From contig JAURGZ010000004.1 of NCBI GenBank assembly GCA_030833525.1, positions 8,019 to 72,018 on the forward strand: a stretch of DNA of 64,000 nucleotides. The letters run 5' to 3'. Shown here piece after piece: positions 47,777 to 57,575 of this stretch. A program made the position numbers and the translations under genes. The DNA is from Bacteroidota bacterium. GTDB taxonomy: Bacteria; Bacteroidota; Bacteroidia; NS11-12g; UBA955. The notes under the pieces are model-generated. The model was not told the DNA's origin. It ran no database searches and was given only the letters and a program-made list of their open reading frames with translations. Position 1 is the stretch's first letter. Each line of letters opens with the position of its first letter.

Positions 47777-50446
47777 ATGGCCAACGAATTAGCTTCTGCA
47801 CCCATTCAATTTCAAGGAGAGTGGCTTTGGTTGGGGAATACCGGCCATGCCGTAGTCATTCTCGCATTCGTCGCTTCCTTGTTGGCGGCTTTTGCCTTTT
47901 ACAAAGCCAGCCAAGATGATTCGGGACTTTGGATGAACTGGGCCAAACGCTTTTTTGTTGGCCACAGTATGGGCGTTTTGGGCATTGTAATCGTGCTGTT
48001 TTCGCTCATTTTCTTTCACCGTTTTGAATACTATTACGTTTGGCGCCACAGTTCTTTGGCCTTGCCTACCCATTACATGATTTCCTGTTTTTGGGAAGGC
48101 CAAGAGGGAAGCTTCTTGTTGTGGATGTTTTGGAACTCGGTGATTGGCCTGGTTTTGCTTCGCCAAAAATCAACCTTTACCGCACCTGTAATGGCTGTAA
48201 TGGCATTTGCAGAAGTGGCCTTAAGCTCGATGCTCCTGGGCGTAGAATGGGGTTCTTTTCATTTGGGAAGCAGCCCCTTCGAATTGCTCAGAAGCGAACG
48301 CCCCGACTTTCTTCAAATCCCTATTTTGGGCTCGCTCGGTGTAGGCAATTACTTGCAAGTCATCACCGATGGCAACGGTTTGAACCCCTTGCTTCAAAAC
48401 TATTGGATGGTCATTCACCCGCCTACCTTGTTCTTTGGTTTCGCCACCGCCACGGTTCCCTTCGCGTACAGCTTAGCTGGATTGTGGAAAGGAGGGCAGG
48501 ACCGCTCTTGGATTCGCCCCGCGCTTATCTGGAGCTTGGTTTGCACCGGCATATTGGGCTTGGGCATCATCATGGGTGGTTATTGGGCTTACGAAAGCTT
48601 GAACTTCGGCGGATACTGGGCATGGGATCCCGTTGAAAATGCTTCGTTGATGCCTTGGCTGCTGATGGCAGCAGCAGCCCATATGCTGCTGATTTCCAAA
48701 AGCACAGGCAAGCATTTATTCTCTGCTCACCTGCTGGTTCACTTGAGTTTTTGGCTGGTGCTTTATGCCACGTTTTTGACTCGCAGCGGCATTTTGGGGG
48801 AAGCCTCCGTGCACAGTTTTACCGATTTGGGTCTTTCAGGACAGTTGCTGTTGTTCCTATTGGCCTTCATTGGTTTGTCGTGGTGGGTTAGCCATTCTGG
48901 TTCAAAAGGCCGCAGCCGAATTGGTTGGGGAATGGCCCTCGCCTTGATTGGCATTCCCTTGCTCAGCCTTGTGATTCCAGAATCGGCAAGCACTGGGTTT
49001 AGCAGCGGGCTGAAATGGGGTGGAATATTGCTGTTTTCAACAACTCTAGTCGGTTTCATTCAATCCCTGATGAAGGAAACGGCAAACGCCGATTCTGCTG
49101 AAAATGAGGACCGCATCGATAGCCGTGAATTCTGGATGTTCCTGGGAGCCATGTTCTTGATATTGAGCTTGGTTCAAGTGTTTTTCGCTACTTCTATACC
49201 TGTCTTCAATAAGCTTTTTGGATTCAAGACGGCGGTTCCACAAGCGGCAGACTACAACCGTGTGCAGTTGTGGTTGGCCATGCCCGTTATGGCTCTGATG
49301 GCCATGGGTCATTGGTTTCGTTTTCGTCAAACAGCTCCTGAAATCTGGATCAAGGGTTTATTCAAGACCGTAGGGCTCTCATTGGGAATGAGCTTTTTGC
49401 TCGCTTGGGCTTTGGAGATATTTGAGCTAGGCTACTTTTTATTTTTGTTCTTCTCGGTTTATCTCATCACAGCCAATGCTTGGTATGCCTTGGAAAAGAA
49501 GAAGAAAACATGGCTGGGGCACGGATCGAGCATCGCTCATTTGGGCTTCGGTGTATTGTTATTGGGCGTGCTGATTTCCTCGGTCAATCAGCGAATTTTG
49601 ACAGCCAGTACGGGCATTGGCATGGCTCCTGAACGCAATGAAAAAGGAGAGATTGATTCAAAAGGAATCGAATTCAATCGTGAAAATGCGATTGTTTACA
49701 AGGGCCGCAAAGCGCCCTTTTCTTATTATCAAGTTGAATACAAGGGAGCTCGCCAAGGAGCAGGAAATGATAGCATCAACGAATACTTCTTGCTCTCATT
49801 CCGAGATACGGGTTCAGGCGATTCATTCGTATTGGAGCCCAAAACGCAGAACAATCCCAAAATGGGTTTATTGGCTGAACCCGATACGCGTCATTTTCTG
49901 AACAAGGATATTTTCACCCATGTGAGTTACCAAAGCAGTTTGGACAAAACCGAGCCTTTTGCCGGTTTTAAAAACGACACCTTGCGTTTGGGACAAACCT
50001 TCACCACCTCTTCAGCCAAATTGGCCTTGCGCCTGGATAGTTTCAGCAGTTATCCTAGCCCCGAAGGCTTGATTGTAAAACTGAAGGTGGCCGCAAGCCA
50101 AATGGGCTTTGGTTCTGGATTGGAATCTCAATACCAGTACTTGTATCCGCAGTTCAAGATCAATACCCAATCAGGCGCCTTTGAGTCGGCACCTGTTGAA
50201 TCAAATGAATTGGGTCTGTTTCTGAGCATTCAACACATGAAGATCTTGGACCCCAACCCCAAAGCAGAAAATTTGGAATTTGTCATGCAAACGGGTGAGA
50301 AGAAACCTGTCATACCCTATGTTGTGGTGAAATCCATTGAATTCCCGTGGATCAATGCCGTTTGGGCCGGTACCATTCTGATGGTTCTGGGATTTGCCAT
50401 GAGCATCGCCAAGCGCATTCGCGAACAGCGTCAACTTTTGGCCTAA
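47777..50446 (+). CDS. ccmF: Cytochrome c-type biogenesis protein CcmF (heme lyase)
   Basis: Multi-TM, WWD domain (WAYESLNFGGYWAWDPVENASLMPWL), 889 aa with long C-terminal periplasmic extension. Confidence 0.88.
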   Translation: MANELASAPIQFQGEWLWLGNTGHAVVILAFVASLLAAFAFYKASQDDSGLWMNWAKRFFVGHSMGVLGIVIVLFSLIFFHRFEYYYVWRHSSLALPTHYMISCFWEGQEGSFLLWMFWNSVIGLVLLRQKSTFTAPVMAVMAFAEVALSSMLLGVEWGSFHLGSSPFELLRSERPDFLQIPILGSLGVGNYLQVITDGNGLNPLLQNYWMVIHPPTLFFGFATATVPFAYSLAGLWKGGQDRSWIRPALIWSLVCTGILGLGIIMGGYWAYESLNFGGYWAWDPVENASLMPWLLMAAAAHMLLISKSTGKHLFSAHLLVHLSFWLVLYATFLTRSGILGEASVHSFTDLGLSGQLLLFLLAFIGLSWWVSHSGSKGRSRIGWGMALALIGIPLLSLVIPESASTGFSSGLKWGGILLFSTTLVGFIQSLMKETANADSAENEDRIDSREFWMFLGAMFLILSLVQVFFATSIPVFNKLFGFKTAVPQAADYNRVQLWLAMPVMALMAMGHWFRFRQTAPEIWIKGLFKTVGLSLGMSFLLAWALEIFELGYFLFLFFSVYLITANAWYALEKKKKTWLGHGSSIAHLGFGVLLLGVLISSVNQRILTASTGIGMAPERNEKGEIDSKGIEFNRENAIVYKGRKAPFSYYQVEYKGARQGAGNDSINEYFLLSFRDTGSGDSFVLEPKTQNNPKMGLLAEPDTRHFLNKDIFTHVSYQSSLDKTEPFAGFKNDTLRLGQTFTTSSAKLALRLDSFSSYPSPEGLIVKLKVAASQMGFGSGLESQYQYLYPQFKINTQSGAFESAPVESNELGLFLSIQHMKILDPNPKAENLEFVMQTGEKKPVIPYVVVKSIEFPWINAVWAGTILMVLGFAMSIAKRIREQRQLLA

Positions 50447-50455
50447 CTTAGCAGG

Positions 50456-51202
50456 GTGGGAGCACCGACGGTCGATATAGTGGGCTTTGGTCGTTTGGGC
50501 CAACATGTGTACTCGTTATTTCAATCCAAGGGCATTCGAGTTCGCTGCGTCTACAGTTCCACTTTGGTGGGGGAGTCCAGCCGCGGTCGTCATGCTTGGC
50601 TCACCGATACCGATTTATCTCCACTGGTGTTTCTCTGCATACCCGATGACCAACTGGAACCCCAACTTCAGCTACGCGCACCCAGCACTTCTTTATTCCT
50701 TCAGTGCAGCGGGGCCAAATCCTTGGTGAGTTTACCTGGGAAGCGAATCGGAGTTTGGTACCCCTTGCAAAGTTTTAGCCTGAATCGAAGTCCTGCCAAT
50801 GAGAATTGGCCGGTATTCTTGGAAGCTGACTCAGAATCGCTGGCTGAATTGCAAGCCCTCAATGCGCAGTTAGGCCTTAAGGGAATTCCCATGAACAGCC
50901 AGCAACGCCAATTTTTGCATTTAGCTGCCGTATGGGGCAATAATTTCGGGCAATTGGTCATGGGTGTAGCCAAAGACATTTGCGAGTCTCAGGGCTTGGA
51001 TCCTCAATTTCTCAAGCCATTGCTGCAAGAAACCGCAGAGAAAGCCTTGGATCTGCCTGGAGAAGTTGCGCAAACAGGCCCGGCCCGCCGAAACGACCAG
51101 CAAACACAGGCTCTGCACCTGGATTTGATGCAGGACCATCCCGATTGGCAATCGCTGTACAAGGCCCTCAGCGAAAGCATTCAATCGCGTTATCGCAAAT
51201 AA
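50456..51202 (+). CDS. Rossmann-like plus DUF2520 domain protein
   Basis: N-terminal GFGRLGQ dinucleotide-binding motif; DUF2520-type C-terminus. Confidence 0.7.
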   Translation: MGAPTVDIVGFGRLGQHVYSLFQSKGIRVRCVYSSTLVGESSRGRHAWLTDTDLSPLVFLCIPDDQLEPQLQLRAPSTSLFLQCSGAKSLVSLPGKRIGVWYPLQSFSLNRSPANENWPVFLEADSESLAELQALNAQLGLKGIPMNSQQRQFLHLAAVWGNNFGQLVMGVAKDICESQGLDPQFLKPLLQETAEKALDLPGEVAQTGPARRNDQQTQALHLDLMQDHPDWQSLYKALSESIQSRYRK

Positions 51203-53247
51203 TAGCGCAGCCCCAAATACAGCGTCCTTCCATTGGTGGGCCCCCAAGCATAAGAGGCATCTACAAAATCGTATTCGGGCTTTATGCGTATGGCAGCTGG
51301 TGCCATGCGATTGGTTGCATTTTCCAAGCCGAGATACAAATCCAGATGCTCCCAAGATTTGCGAATTTGACCATTCCAAACGGCATAAAAAGGGCTCAAA
51401 TCTGGAGCGTTCCAATAAGCCCCGTGACTCAAACGTTTGGGACCATTGAGCTGACTGCTCAAATCCATGTACCACTTGCTTCGCGTCTCAAAGCCCCAAA
51501 CCAATAAACCGCGGTGTGGGGACTGAAAAGGGGCTTGTTGAAAACCATAAGTCCCGTCAGGTCGCCCCAGCCACATCTGGTTGTTGACGTAGCGATATGC
51601 GATTTTGAAGGAAAAACGACGGTGAAAATACCCCGATGCTTCTGCGTGCAGGGTTTGGGTGTATCCGGCTTCAGCACCCGTGCGCGTTTGAAGATGCAAT
51701 TGTTCGGCGTGGGCATCGCGGTCCATGACGGTTTGGGCCTGGAAATCGGTTTGAAATGCATCGATGTTCCATGTCAACGGATACCCCAAGAACATGCCCT
51801 TTCCGTTGTAAGAAATGCCATAATTCAAGGCTTGCTCTTGCTGCAATCGGTAGGGTTGAGAAGCATTTCCCATCCATAACAGTTCGCGAGATGAAAGCAA
51901 GAGTGGCAAGTACTCGACCAGCGCCCACGGGCTGCGACGCCCCATGCCACCCATGGCGTAAAATTTGTGATTGGGATTCAATTCCCACTTCAAATTCCAG
52001 CGAGGGCTTACAAAGGTCCCAAAAAGGTTGTTTCGGTCCACACGCAAACCCAAAACCCAGGAAAGCTCACCCTCCTTGACCCATTCAGCGAATGCAGCTG
52101 CATTGCGCTCTTCTCTGTTGAGCGAAAATGCATCGGCTTGAGTCAGCATGCTGCTAGGGGTTTTGAACGCGTCGCTCTGCAGCGTTTCACGGGCCCTGCT
52201 GGCCATGATGGAAATTCCAGCTTTCACATTGAACCCTTCAGCAATCATGGGTGATTGGTAAAAACTTTGGTATTCCAAGCGCTTTTCTTGACCCTGGTAA
52301 TGTCGTCCAATCAAGGAATTGAGCAATGAGGCATGTTCATGTTGGCTCCAACTGACGATATTGCCCCAGCTGCTGCTGGCATCTTCGTTCAGGAACACGC
52401 CCAATTTGGCATAGGCCTCGGTTCGTTTTTCCCTCGATTCAAAACCAAAGCCTTGTTCTTTCGGCATGAGCGAACGGGCATTCGCAGAATCAACGGCCCC
52501 TGCGCTTTTGTTTTCCACCCAATGTGTCAATCCCCATTGGGCTTCGAACTTATCGGCATAATGTTGGGAATGGTTGCTGATGAAACGTCTTGCACTCTGG
52601 GGCATGTCTGAAAATCCATCGCCGTTGCGGTCCATGATCCAGTCTTGCCAGGCTCCATTCAAATACGTGTGGTTGAACGTTTTGGCACCTAGTCTATTTT
52701 TAAGAATGGCGTTGTATTCCCGGCGCATTTGGTTGTTTTGAAAGGCATTGAAAAAGATGCGATCCCCAGTTGGTTCGGCCGCTAAGGCGTAATTCAAAGC
52801 CCCCGTAATTCCGTCATGACCCAGGGTAGCCGAAGCCGAACCCTTGGAAATATGAACGTTGGAGACCATGGGTCCAGGTACCGCTGTCAATCCATTCAAT
52901 AAATTCAGTCCCTGGATCATAGGTATGTTGTCGCGGCTCATGTTGACGTATTTGCCCGCTAAGCCCAGCATTTCAATTTGCTTGATGCCGCTTATTCCGT
53001 CGGCATTTGACAATTCAACCGTATTGTTGAGTTCAAAGCTTTCTGAAAGCGTGCAACAGGCCGCTCGTTTGAATTCATTTTGATCCAAATCTTCAGACAA
53101 ACGAATGCCCCTTGTATCCCAGCGATGCCCAGTACCTTGTTTTTCGATTTCTACGGGCCCTAACGATTCAGGACCCGTAGTATCGATCTGTGCTTGTAAA
53201 ATGGGAATGAAAAGGGTAGCAGCGGCGATTAAAAATCGTCTTCGCAT
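51190..53247 (-). CDS. TonB-dependent receptor
   Basis: ORF to 53271; likely start MRRRFLIAAATLFIPILQAQ (53247); plug-domain motifs and C-terminal beta-barrel. Confidence 0.85.
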   Translation of the reverse strand: MRRRFLIAAATLFIPILQAQIDTTGPESLGPVEIEKQGTGHRWDTRGIRLSEDLDQNEFKRAACCTLSESFELNNTVELSNADGISGIKQIEMLGLAGKYVNMSRDNIPMIQGLNLLNGLTAVPGPMVSNVHISKGSASATLGHDGITGALNYALAAEPTGDRIFFNAFQNNQMRREYNAILKNRLGAKTFNHTYLNGAWQDWIMDRNGDGFSDMPQSARRFISNHSQHYADKFEAQWGLTHWVENKSAGAVDSANARSLMPKEQGFGFESREKRTEAYAKLGVFLNEDASSSWGNIVSWSQHEHASLLNSLIGRHYQGQEKRLEYQSFYQSPMIAEGFNVKAGISIMASRARETLQSDAFKTPSSMLTQADAFSLNREERNAAAFAEWVKEGELSWVLGLRVDRNNLFGTFVSPRWNLKWELNPNHKFYAMGGMGRRSPWALVEYLPLLLSSRELLWMGNASQPYRLQQEQALNYGISYNGKGMFLGYPLTWNIDAFQTDFQAQTVMDRDAHAEQLHLQTRTGAEAGYTQTLHAEASGYFHRRFSFKIAYRYVNNQMWLGRPDGTYGFQQAPFQSPHRGLLVWGFETRSKWYMDLSSQLNGPKRLSHGAYWNAPDLSPFYAVWNGQIRKSWEHLDLYLGLENATNRMAPAAIRIKPEYDFVDASYAWGPTNGRTLYLGLRYYLR

Positions 53248-53603
53248 GACCGATCGCGGTATTGGCAACAACGAGGCAGGTTGGCGTACACCAAATTTGA
53301 AGCTTTGACCAATTCGGTATCATGGCCGACCATGGCCACCAAATTGTGCAACTGATTGATTTGGATTTTACTGGGATTGTAGGTCACCAAAACCTTCTGA
53401 GTTTCGGGTGTATAAACGGCTTTGTAAATACCCGGCTTATCAAGGGCTTCTTCAATGCGCTCCTTGCATTCACCGCAATTTCCGTGAACCGTAAATTGAA
53501 TGGTCGTCTTATTGGACTTGGGTTGTTGGGCCATCAAAGCCTGAACTCCCAATATAGTCAAGAGAGCAATTGTGACGGCTCCCCAAAGTTGTGTCTTTTT
53601 CAT
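53229..53603 (-). CDS. Secreted heavy-metal-associated (HMA) domain protein
   Basis: Signal peptide; HMA metal-binding loop (HGNCGECKERIEEAL); C-terminal CC pair; 124 aa. Confidence 0.7.
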   Translation of the reverse strand: MKKTQLWGAVTIALLTILGVQALMAQQPKSNKTTIQFTVHGNCGECKERIEEALDKPGIYKAVYTPETQKVLVTYNPSKIQINQLHNLVAMVGHDTELVKASNLVYANLPRCCQYRDRSCEDDF

Positions 53604-53678
53604 TTTTGGATAGTGTTAAGGGTTTTTCAGCCTGTGCTTCGTTCGCGGCTGTTTCGAACCTTCAATTTCTACCCGGGC

Positions 53679-54071
53679 CTATTGCCGAATGTTCAATATT
53701 TCCAACCACCTTTTCGGCGGATACTTTGTTGGAATATGAGAATCGGAAAAACCTGGCCTTTGGTCAATGGTTGGCGAAACGGGCTTAGGCCTTGGCTCCA
53801 TTGAGCCAAACTCGAAATGAGCAGCCTTTACCGGTTCCTTGAATTTAGCACTGATGCCAAAAAGAAATATCGATTGGCAGCAATTGTTGTTTTCTAAAAC
53901 GGCATCAGGGACATTGGAACAGCAACTTTTCTTCGATTTAGGCCGGTGAGAATCGCAACTTTCTTCGCTCCAATGGGCCCCATCTTGGGAACAGATATGC
54001 ACAAATGCTTGGGCGGGACCGCTGCTAAAGGCAATCAAAATCATCAATATCCAAGCCGATAAGACGCGCAT
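53679..54071 (-). CDS. Hypothetical Cys/His-rich secreted small protein
   Basis: 130 aa with a signal peptide (MRVLSAWILMILIAFSSGPAQA) and motifs HICS, CDSH, CC and CC. No recognisable family. It is on the same strand as, and upstream of, the HMA and receptor genes. Confidence 0.4.
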   Translation of the reverse strand: MRVLSAWILMILIAFSSGPAQAFVHICSQDGAHWSEESCDSHRPKSKKSCCSNVPDAVLENNNCCQSIFLFGISAKFKEPVKAAHFEFGSMEPRPKPVSPTIDQRPGFSDSHIPTKYPPKRWLEILNIRQ

Positions 54072-54133
54072 AACCGGTTCAAATTTATCAAAAATTATGC
54101 CAATGCCAAGGGTGCTTTGTAATATCGCAACCC

Positions 54134-55900
54134 ATGTTCAAATCCCTATTTAGACGAAAAACGGAATTTTCCAGTAACACGGAGACTGGCTTAAGACGGG
54201 TCTTGAAAGTCAGGGATTTGGCTTTTTTTGGAATTGCCGCCATCATAGGGGGTGGGATTTTCAGCAGCATCGGGCAAGCTTGTGCTTCTGCCGGCCCAGC
54301 GGTCATTTGGTTGTTCATTTTGTGCGCGGTGGCCTGTGTTTTGGCGGCCTTGTGCTATGCCGAATTTGCGGCCCGCATTCCAGTTTCGGGTAGCGCTTAC
54401 ACCTATGCCTATGCCTCTTTCGGTGAGTTGTTCGCTTGGATCATTGGTTGGGCTTTGATCATGGAATATGCCATTGGCAACATTTACGTATCCTTTGCCT
54501 GGTCTGAGTATTTCACCCACATATTGGATTCACTGGGCTGGGAATTGCCCAGGTATTTGGTGGTTGATTATACCAGTGCCCAAGAGGCTGTAGCTCTGAT
54601 ATCGGATCGAATGGGGGAACAAGGTCTCTTGATTTCCCAAATTCCCGATGTGCAATCTTGGTTGATTGACCATGCCAGTGCTCATGAAATAGATGCTTGG
54701 AATGCCTGGCACAATGCACCGAGGTGGGGAGACGATGGTCGACTCATTGCCGATTTGCCTGCATTCGGAATCAATTTGCTGATCACCTACATCGTATACC
54801 GAGGCATCAAGGAGTCAAAAAATAGCAGCAATGCCATGGTGATTCTGAAATTACTGGTGGTGGTTTTGGTTATTGCCGTAGGGGCTTTTTACATCGACAC
54901 AAACAACTTCAAACCCTTCATGCCAACTGGGTTTGGCGGGGTTTTGAGCGGCATATCAGCTGTATTCTTCACCTACATTGGTTTCGATGCCATCTCGACC
55001 TTGGCCGAAGAAACAGAGAACCCGCAGCGCAATTTGCCACTGGGCATGTTTTGGGCATTGGCCCTTTGTACCGTGTTGTACATTTTGATTTCGCTGGTGT
55101 TAACAGGAATGGTGCCCTTTCAACAGTTGAACGTCGCCGACCCCTTGGCCTTTGCTTTCGCACAGCATGGAATACAATGGATGGAATACTTGGTTTCGCT
55201 GTCTGCTGTCGTGGCCATGACCAGCGTAATGCTCGTATTTCAAATGGGACAACCCAGAATATGGCTATCCATGAGCCGCGATGGGTTATTGCCCCCAGCT
55301 TTCTCTCGCATACACCCCCGTTTCAGAACCCCTTCGTTTGCTACATGGGTGACGGGAGCCGTAGTGGGAATTCCCATATTTTTTGTGAACGAACAATTCG
55401 TATTGGACTTTACGAGCATCGGTACCTTGTTCGCCTTTGTACTCGTTTGCGGTGGGGTATTGTTATTGCCTGATCGAGAGGCTGAAACGGGCAAATTCCA
55501 CCTGCCTCGTTATTCGTCTCGAATCTGGTTTCCCATTTTTTCAGCCTTTACCTACGCAGCACTTTGGATCAATTGGCCCGAGTTTTTCGACCATTTGTTC
55601 TACAGCTGGGATTCTCAGGCTGTACAATCGCATGGCATGTGCTCTCAAGACCTCCATCATATGGACGCCCAATTTTTGCCACATCGCCTGTTTTGGCTGT
55701 TGTTTTTGCCCTTTTTGAATGCCTTAGCGCTTCGGAAGAATAGTTCGCTCATTCCCCTCGCCGGATTAGCCTTTTGCACCTATTTGCTCACCGGAATGGA
55801 TGCTTCCAATTGGTACTGGTTTTTTCTCTGGTTTGCCATTGGGCTCATCGTTTACTTTGCATACGGATACCGAAACAGCCGACTGAATACCCATGCCTAA
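54134..55900 (+). CDS. APC family amino acid permease
   Basis: 12+ TM segments, AA_permease signature (GSAYTYAYASFGELFAWIIGW). Confidence 0.88.
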   Translation: MFKSLFRRKTEFSSNTETGLRRVLKVRDLAFFGIAAIIGGGIFSSIGQACASAGPAVIWLFILCAVACVLAALCYAEFAARIPVSGSAYTYAYASFGELFAWIIGWALIMEYAIGNIYVSFAWSEYFTHILDSLGWELPRYLVVDYTSAQEAVALISDRMGEQGLLISQIPDVQSWLIDHASAHEIDAWNAWHNAPRWGDDGRLIADLPAFGINLLITYIVYRGIKESKNSSNAMVILKLLVVVLVIAVGAFYIDTNNFKPFMPTGFGGVLSGISAVFFTYIGFDAISTLAEETENPQRNLPLGMFWALALCTVLYILISLVLTGMVPFQQLNVADPLAFAFAQHGIQWMEYLVSLSAVVAMTSVMLVFQMGQPRIWLSMSRDGLLPPAFSRIHPRFRTPSFATWVTGAVVGIPIFFVNEQFVLDFTSIGTLFAFVLVCGGVLLLPDREAETGKFHLPRYSSRIWFPIFSAFTYAALWINWPEFFDHLFYSWDSQAVQSHGMCSQDLHHMDAQFLPHRLFWLLFLPFLNALALRKNSSLIPLAGLAFCTYLLTGMDASNWYWFFLWFAIGLIVYFAYGYRNSRLNTHA

Positions 55901-56183
55901 AGAAGAATTGAACATCGGACAAGTATTGGACAAGATGTTCGATCGATACAAGCTGAACGGCAAACTCACCGAGGCAAAACTCATTCAAAATTGGCCGCGC
56001 ATAGTTGGCCCCATCATTGACAAACACACCCGAAAACTGGAAGTCAAAGGCAAGACCTTGTATGTGTATGTCAACAACCCTGTCTTAAAGAATGAGTTGT
56101 TTTTCCAACGGGATCAAATCCTGGGCAACTGCAATGAGTTCTTGGAAGAGGTATTGTTGGAAAAGATTTTCATAGGCGACTAA
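55893..56183 (+). CDS. DUF721 domain-containing protein (DciA-like)
   Basis: 96 aa; conserved W..IVG...T.....K...L.V.V.....L.EL pattern of DUF721. Confidence 0.6.
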   Translation: MPKEELNIGQVLDKMFDRYKLNGKLTEAKLIQNWPRIVGPIIDKHTRKLEVKGKTLYVYVNNPVLKNELFFQRDQILGNCNEFLEEVLLEKIFIGD

Positions 56184-57175
56184 GCCTCATTTTCGGCATT
56201 ATCCAAGCCGGCCTTTTCAATGCTGGCATTCAATTCAAATCCCACAATAATGGCTAACACATTGATATAAATCAATATCAACAAGGCTATGATAGCACCA
56301 ATAGAGCCGTAAATCTTGTTGTAGCTGTCAAAGTTGTTGACATAAAAACTGAACACCAGACTCGATAGAATCGATAGCGAGGCCGCCAGAATGCTTCCCG
56401 CAGAGAAAAATTTCCAACGCCATTGGTGATGGGGTCCAAAGAAATAAATGCTCGATATCGCCAAGAAAATCAATGAGGCAATCATAGCATATTCGAGCAC
56501 AACCAAAATGAATTCATAGATGAATCCGATGCGCCATTGTTCGTGCACCATATAGCGATGCAACTGGTATCCCCAGGTGATGAAAACCAAGACAACAATG
56601 ACCATTGAGGAGATTAAACCCGTCATAAACAAGGCTTTCAACCTCACTTGGAACCAATTCTTTTTTACTTTAATCGGCAATCTGCGATTGAAATTGTTGA
56701 TCAATATGTGAAAGGCGTTCGAAGCGAAATACAAAGTCAAGGCAAAACCGAATGACAGCAAACCCCGGTTTTGCTTAAGCAGAATTTCCTGAATGGTACT
56801 GGCTACTTCCTTGTATGATTTATCGGGAAGCACGCGCGAAAGTTCTTGCACAAATTGCGTCTTCAAATCGTCAAAGGGCAAATAGGCAATCAGGGTTAGG
56901 GTAAAGATGAGGGCAGGGAACAGGGCTAAGAAGAAATTGAAGCTCAAAGCCGAAGCCCGCATGTTCAAGTTCTCAGTAAATAAACTTCGCAAAAAGTAAC
57001 GACCTACGTCGAACAGGCTATGACCCTGAAATCCTTTGAAGGTTTTGGACTTTAAATAAGTAAGGAAGGGATGATCCGTTCGAACCGCTCGGGTCTTTTC
57101 CAGCACGGGCTCAACTGCATCATCTGCAGCGGGCATGTACTCGTGACGTCGGTATGAGCGGTAGTTTCGAGCCAT
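56180..57175 (-). CDS. YihY/BrkB family membrane protein
   Basis: Six TM helices with the YihY N-terminal signature (SALSFNFFLALFPALIF). Confidence 0.85.
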   Translation of the reverse strand: MARNYRSYRRHEYMPAADDAVEPVLEKTRAVRTDHPFLTYLKSKTFKGFQGHSLFDVGRYFLRSLFTENLNMRASALSFNFFLALFPALIFTLTLIAYLPFDDLKTQFVQELSRVLPDKSYKEVASTIQEILLKQNRGLLSFGFALTLYFASNAFHILINNFNRRLPIKVKKNWFQVRLKALFMTGLISSMVIVVLVFITWGYQLHRYMVHEQWRIGFIYEFILVVLEYAMIASLIFLAISSIYFFGPHHQWRWKFFSAGSILAASLSILSSLVFSFYVNNFDSYNKIYGSIGAIIALLILIYINVLAIIVGFELNASIEKAGLDNAENEA

Positions 57176-57573
57176 TAACGAGCGCTTTCAAATAAGGTCT
57201 TCAACGATGCGGGAATGCGCATGGGTTTTAAACTTTCTTTCTGAACGAAGAATAAATCGGTTTGACCGGTGCAGCACAAGGTACCTTCTTGATTGCTGAC
57301 CCTATAGGCAAACTGGCATCGTACCGATATCTCTCCCAAAACGCTCACCTCTATGCTCAATAAGTCATCGTAGCGGGCAGCCTTGAGAAATTCGTGGTGC
57401 ATGCTGCGCAATGGCATGATAACACCCTCATCTTCCAACTCTTTGTAACTGATGCCCAGCGAACGCATATACTCGGTTCGGGCCTCTTCAAAGTACAAGG
57501 CGTAATTGGAGTGGTGCACAAATCCCATTCGATCGCATTCGGCATAGCGAACCCGTATTTGATGTATAAATGC
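57175..57573 (-). CDS. Acyl-CoA thioesterase, hotdog fold (YbgC/4HBT-like)
   Basis: ORF to 57639; likely start MAFIHQIRVRYAECDRMGFVHHSNY (57573); hotdog catalytic Asp motif. Confidence 0.8.
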   Translation of the reverse strand, partial: AFIHQIRVRYAECDRMGFVHHSNYALYFEEARTEYMRSLGISYKELEDEGVIMPLRSMHHEFLKAARYDDLLSIEVSVLGEISVRCQFAYRVSNQEGTLCCTGQTDLFFVQKESLKPMRIPASLKTLFESAR

Positions 57574-57575
57574 CA

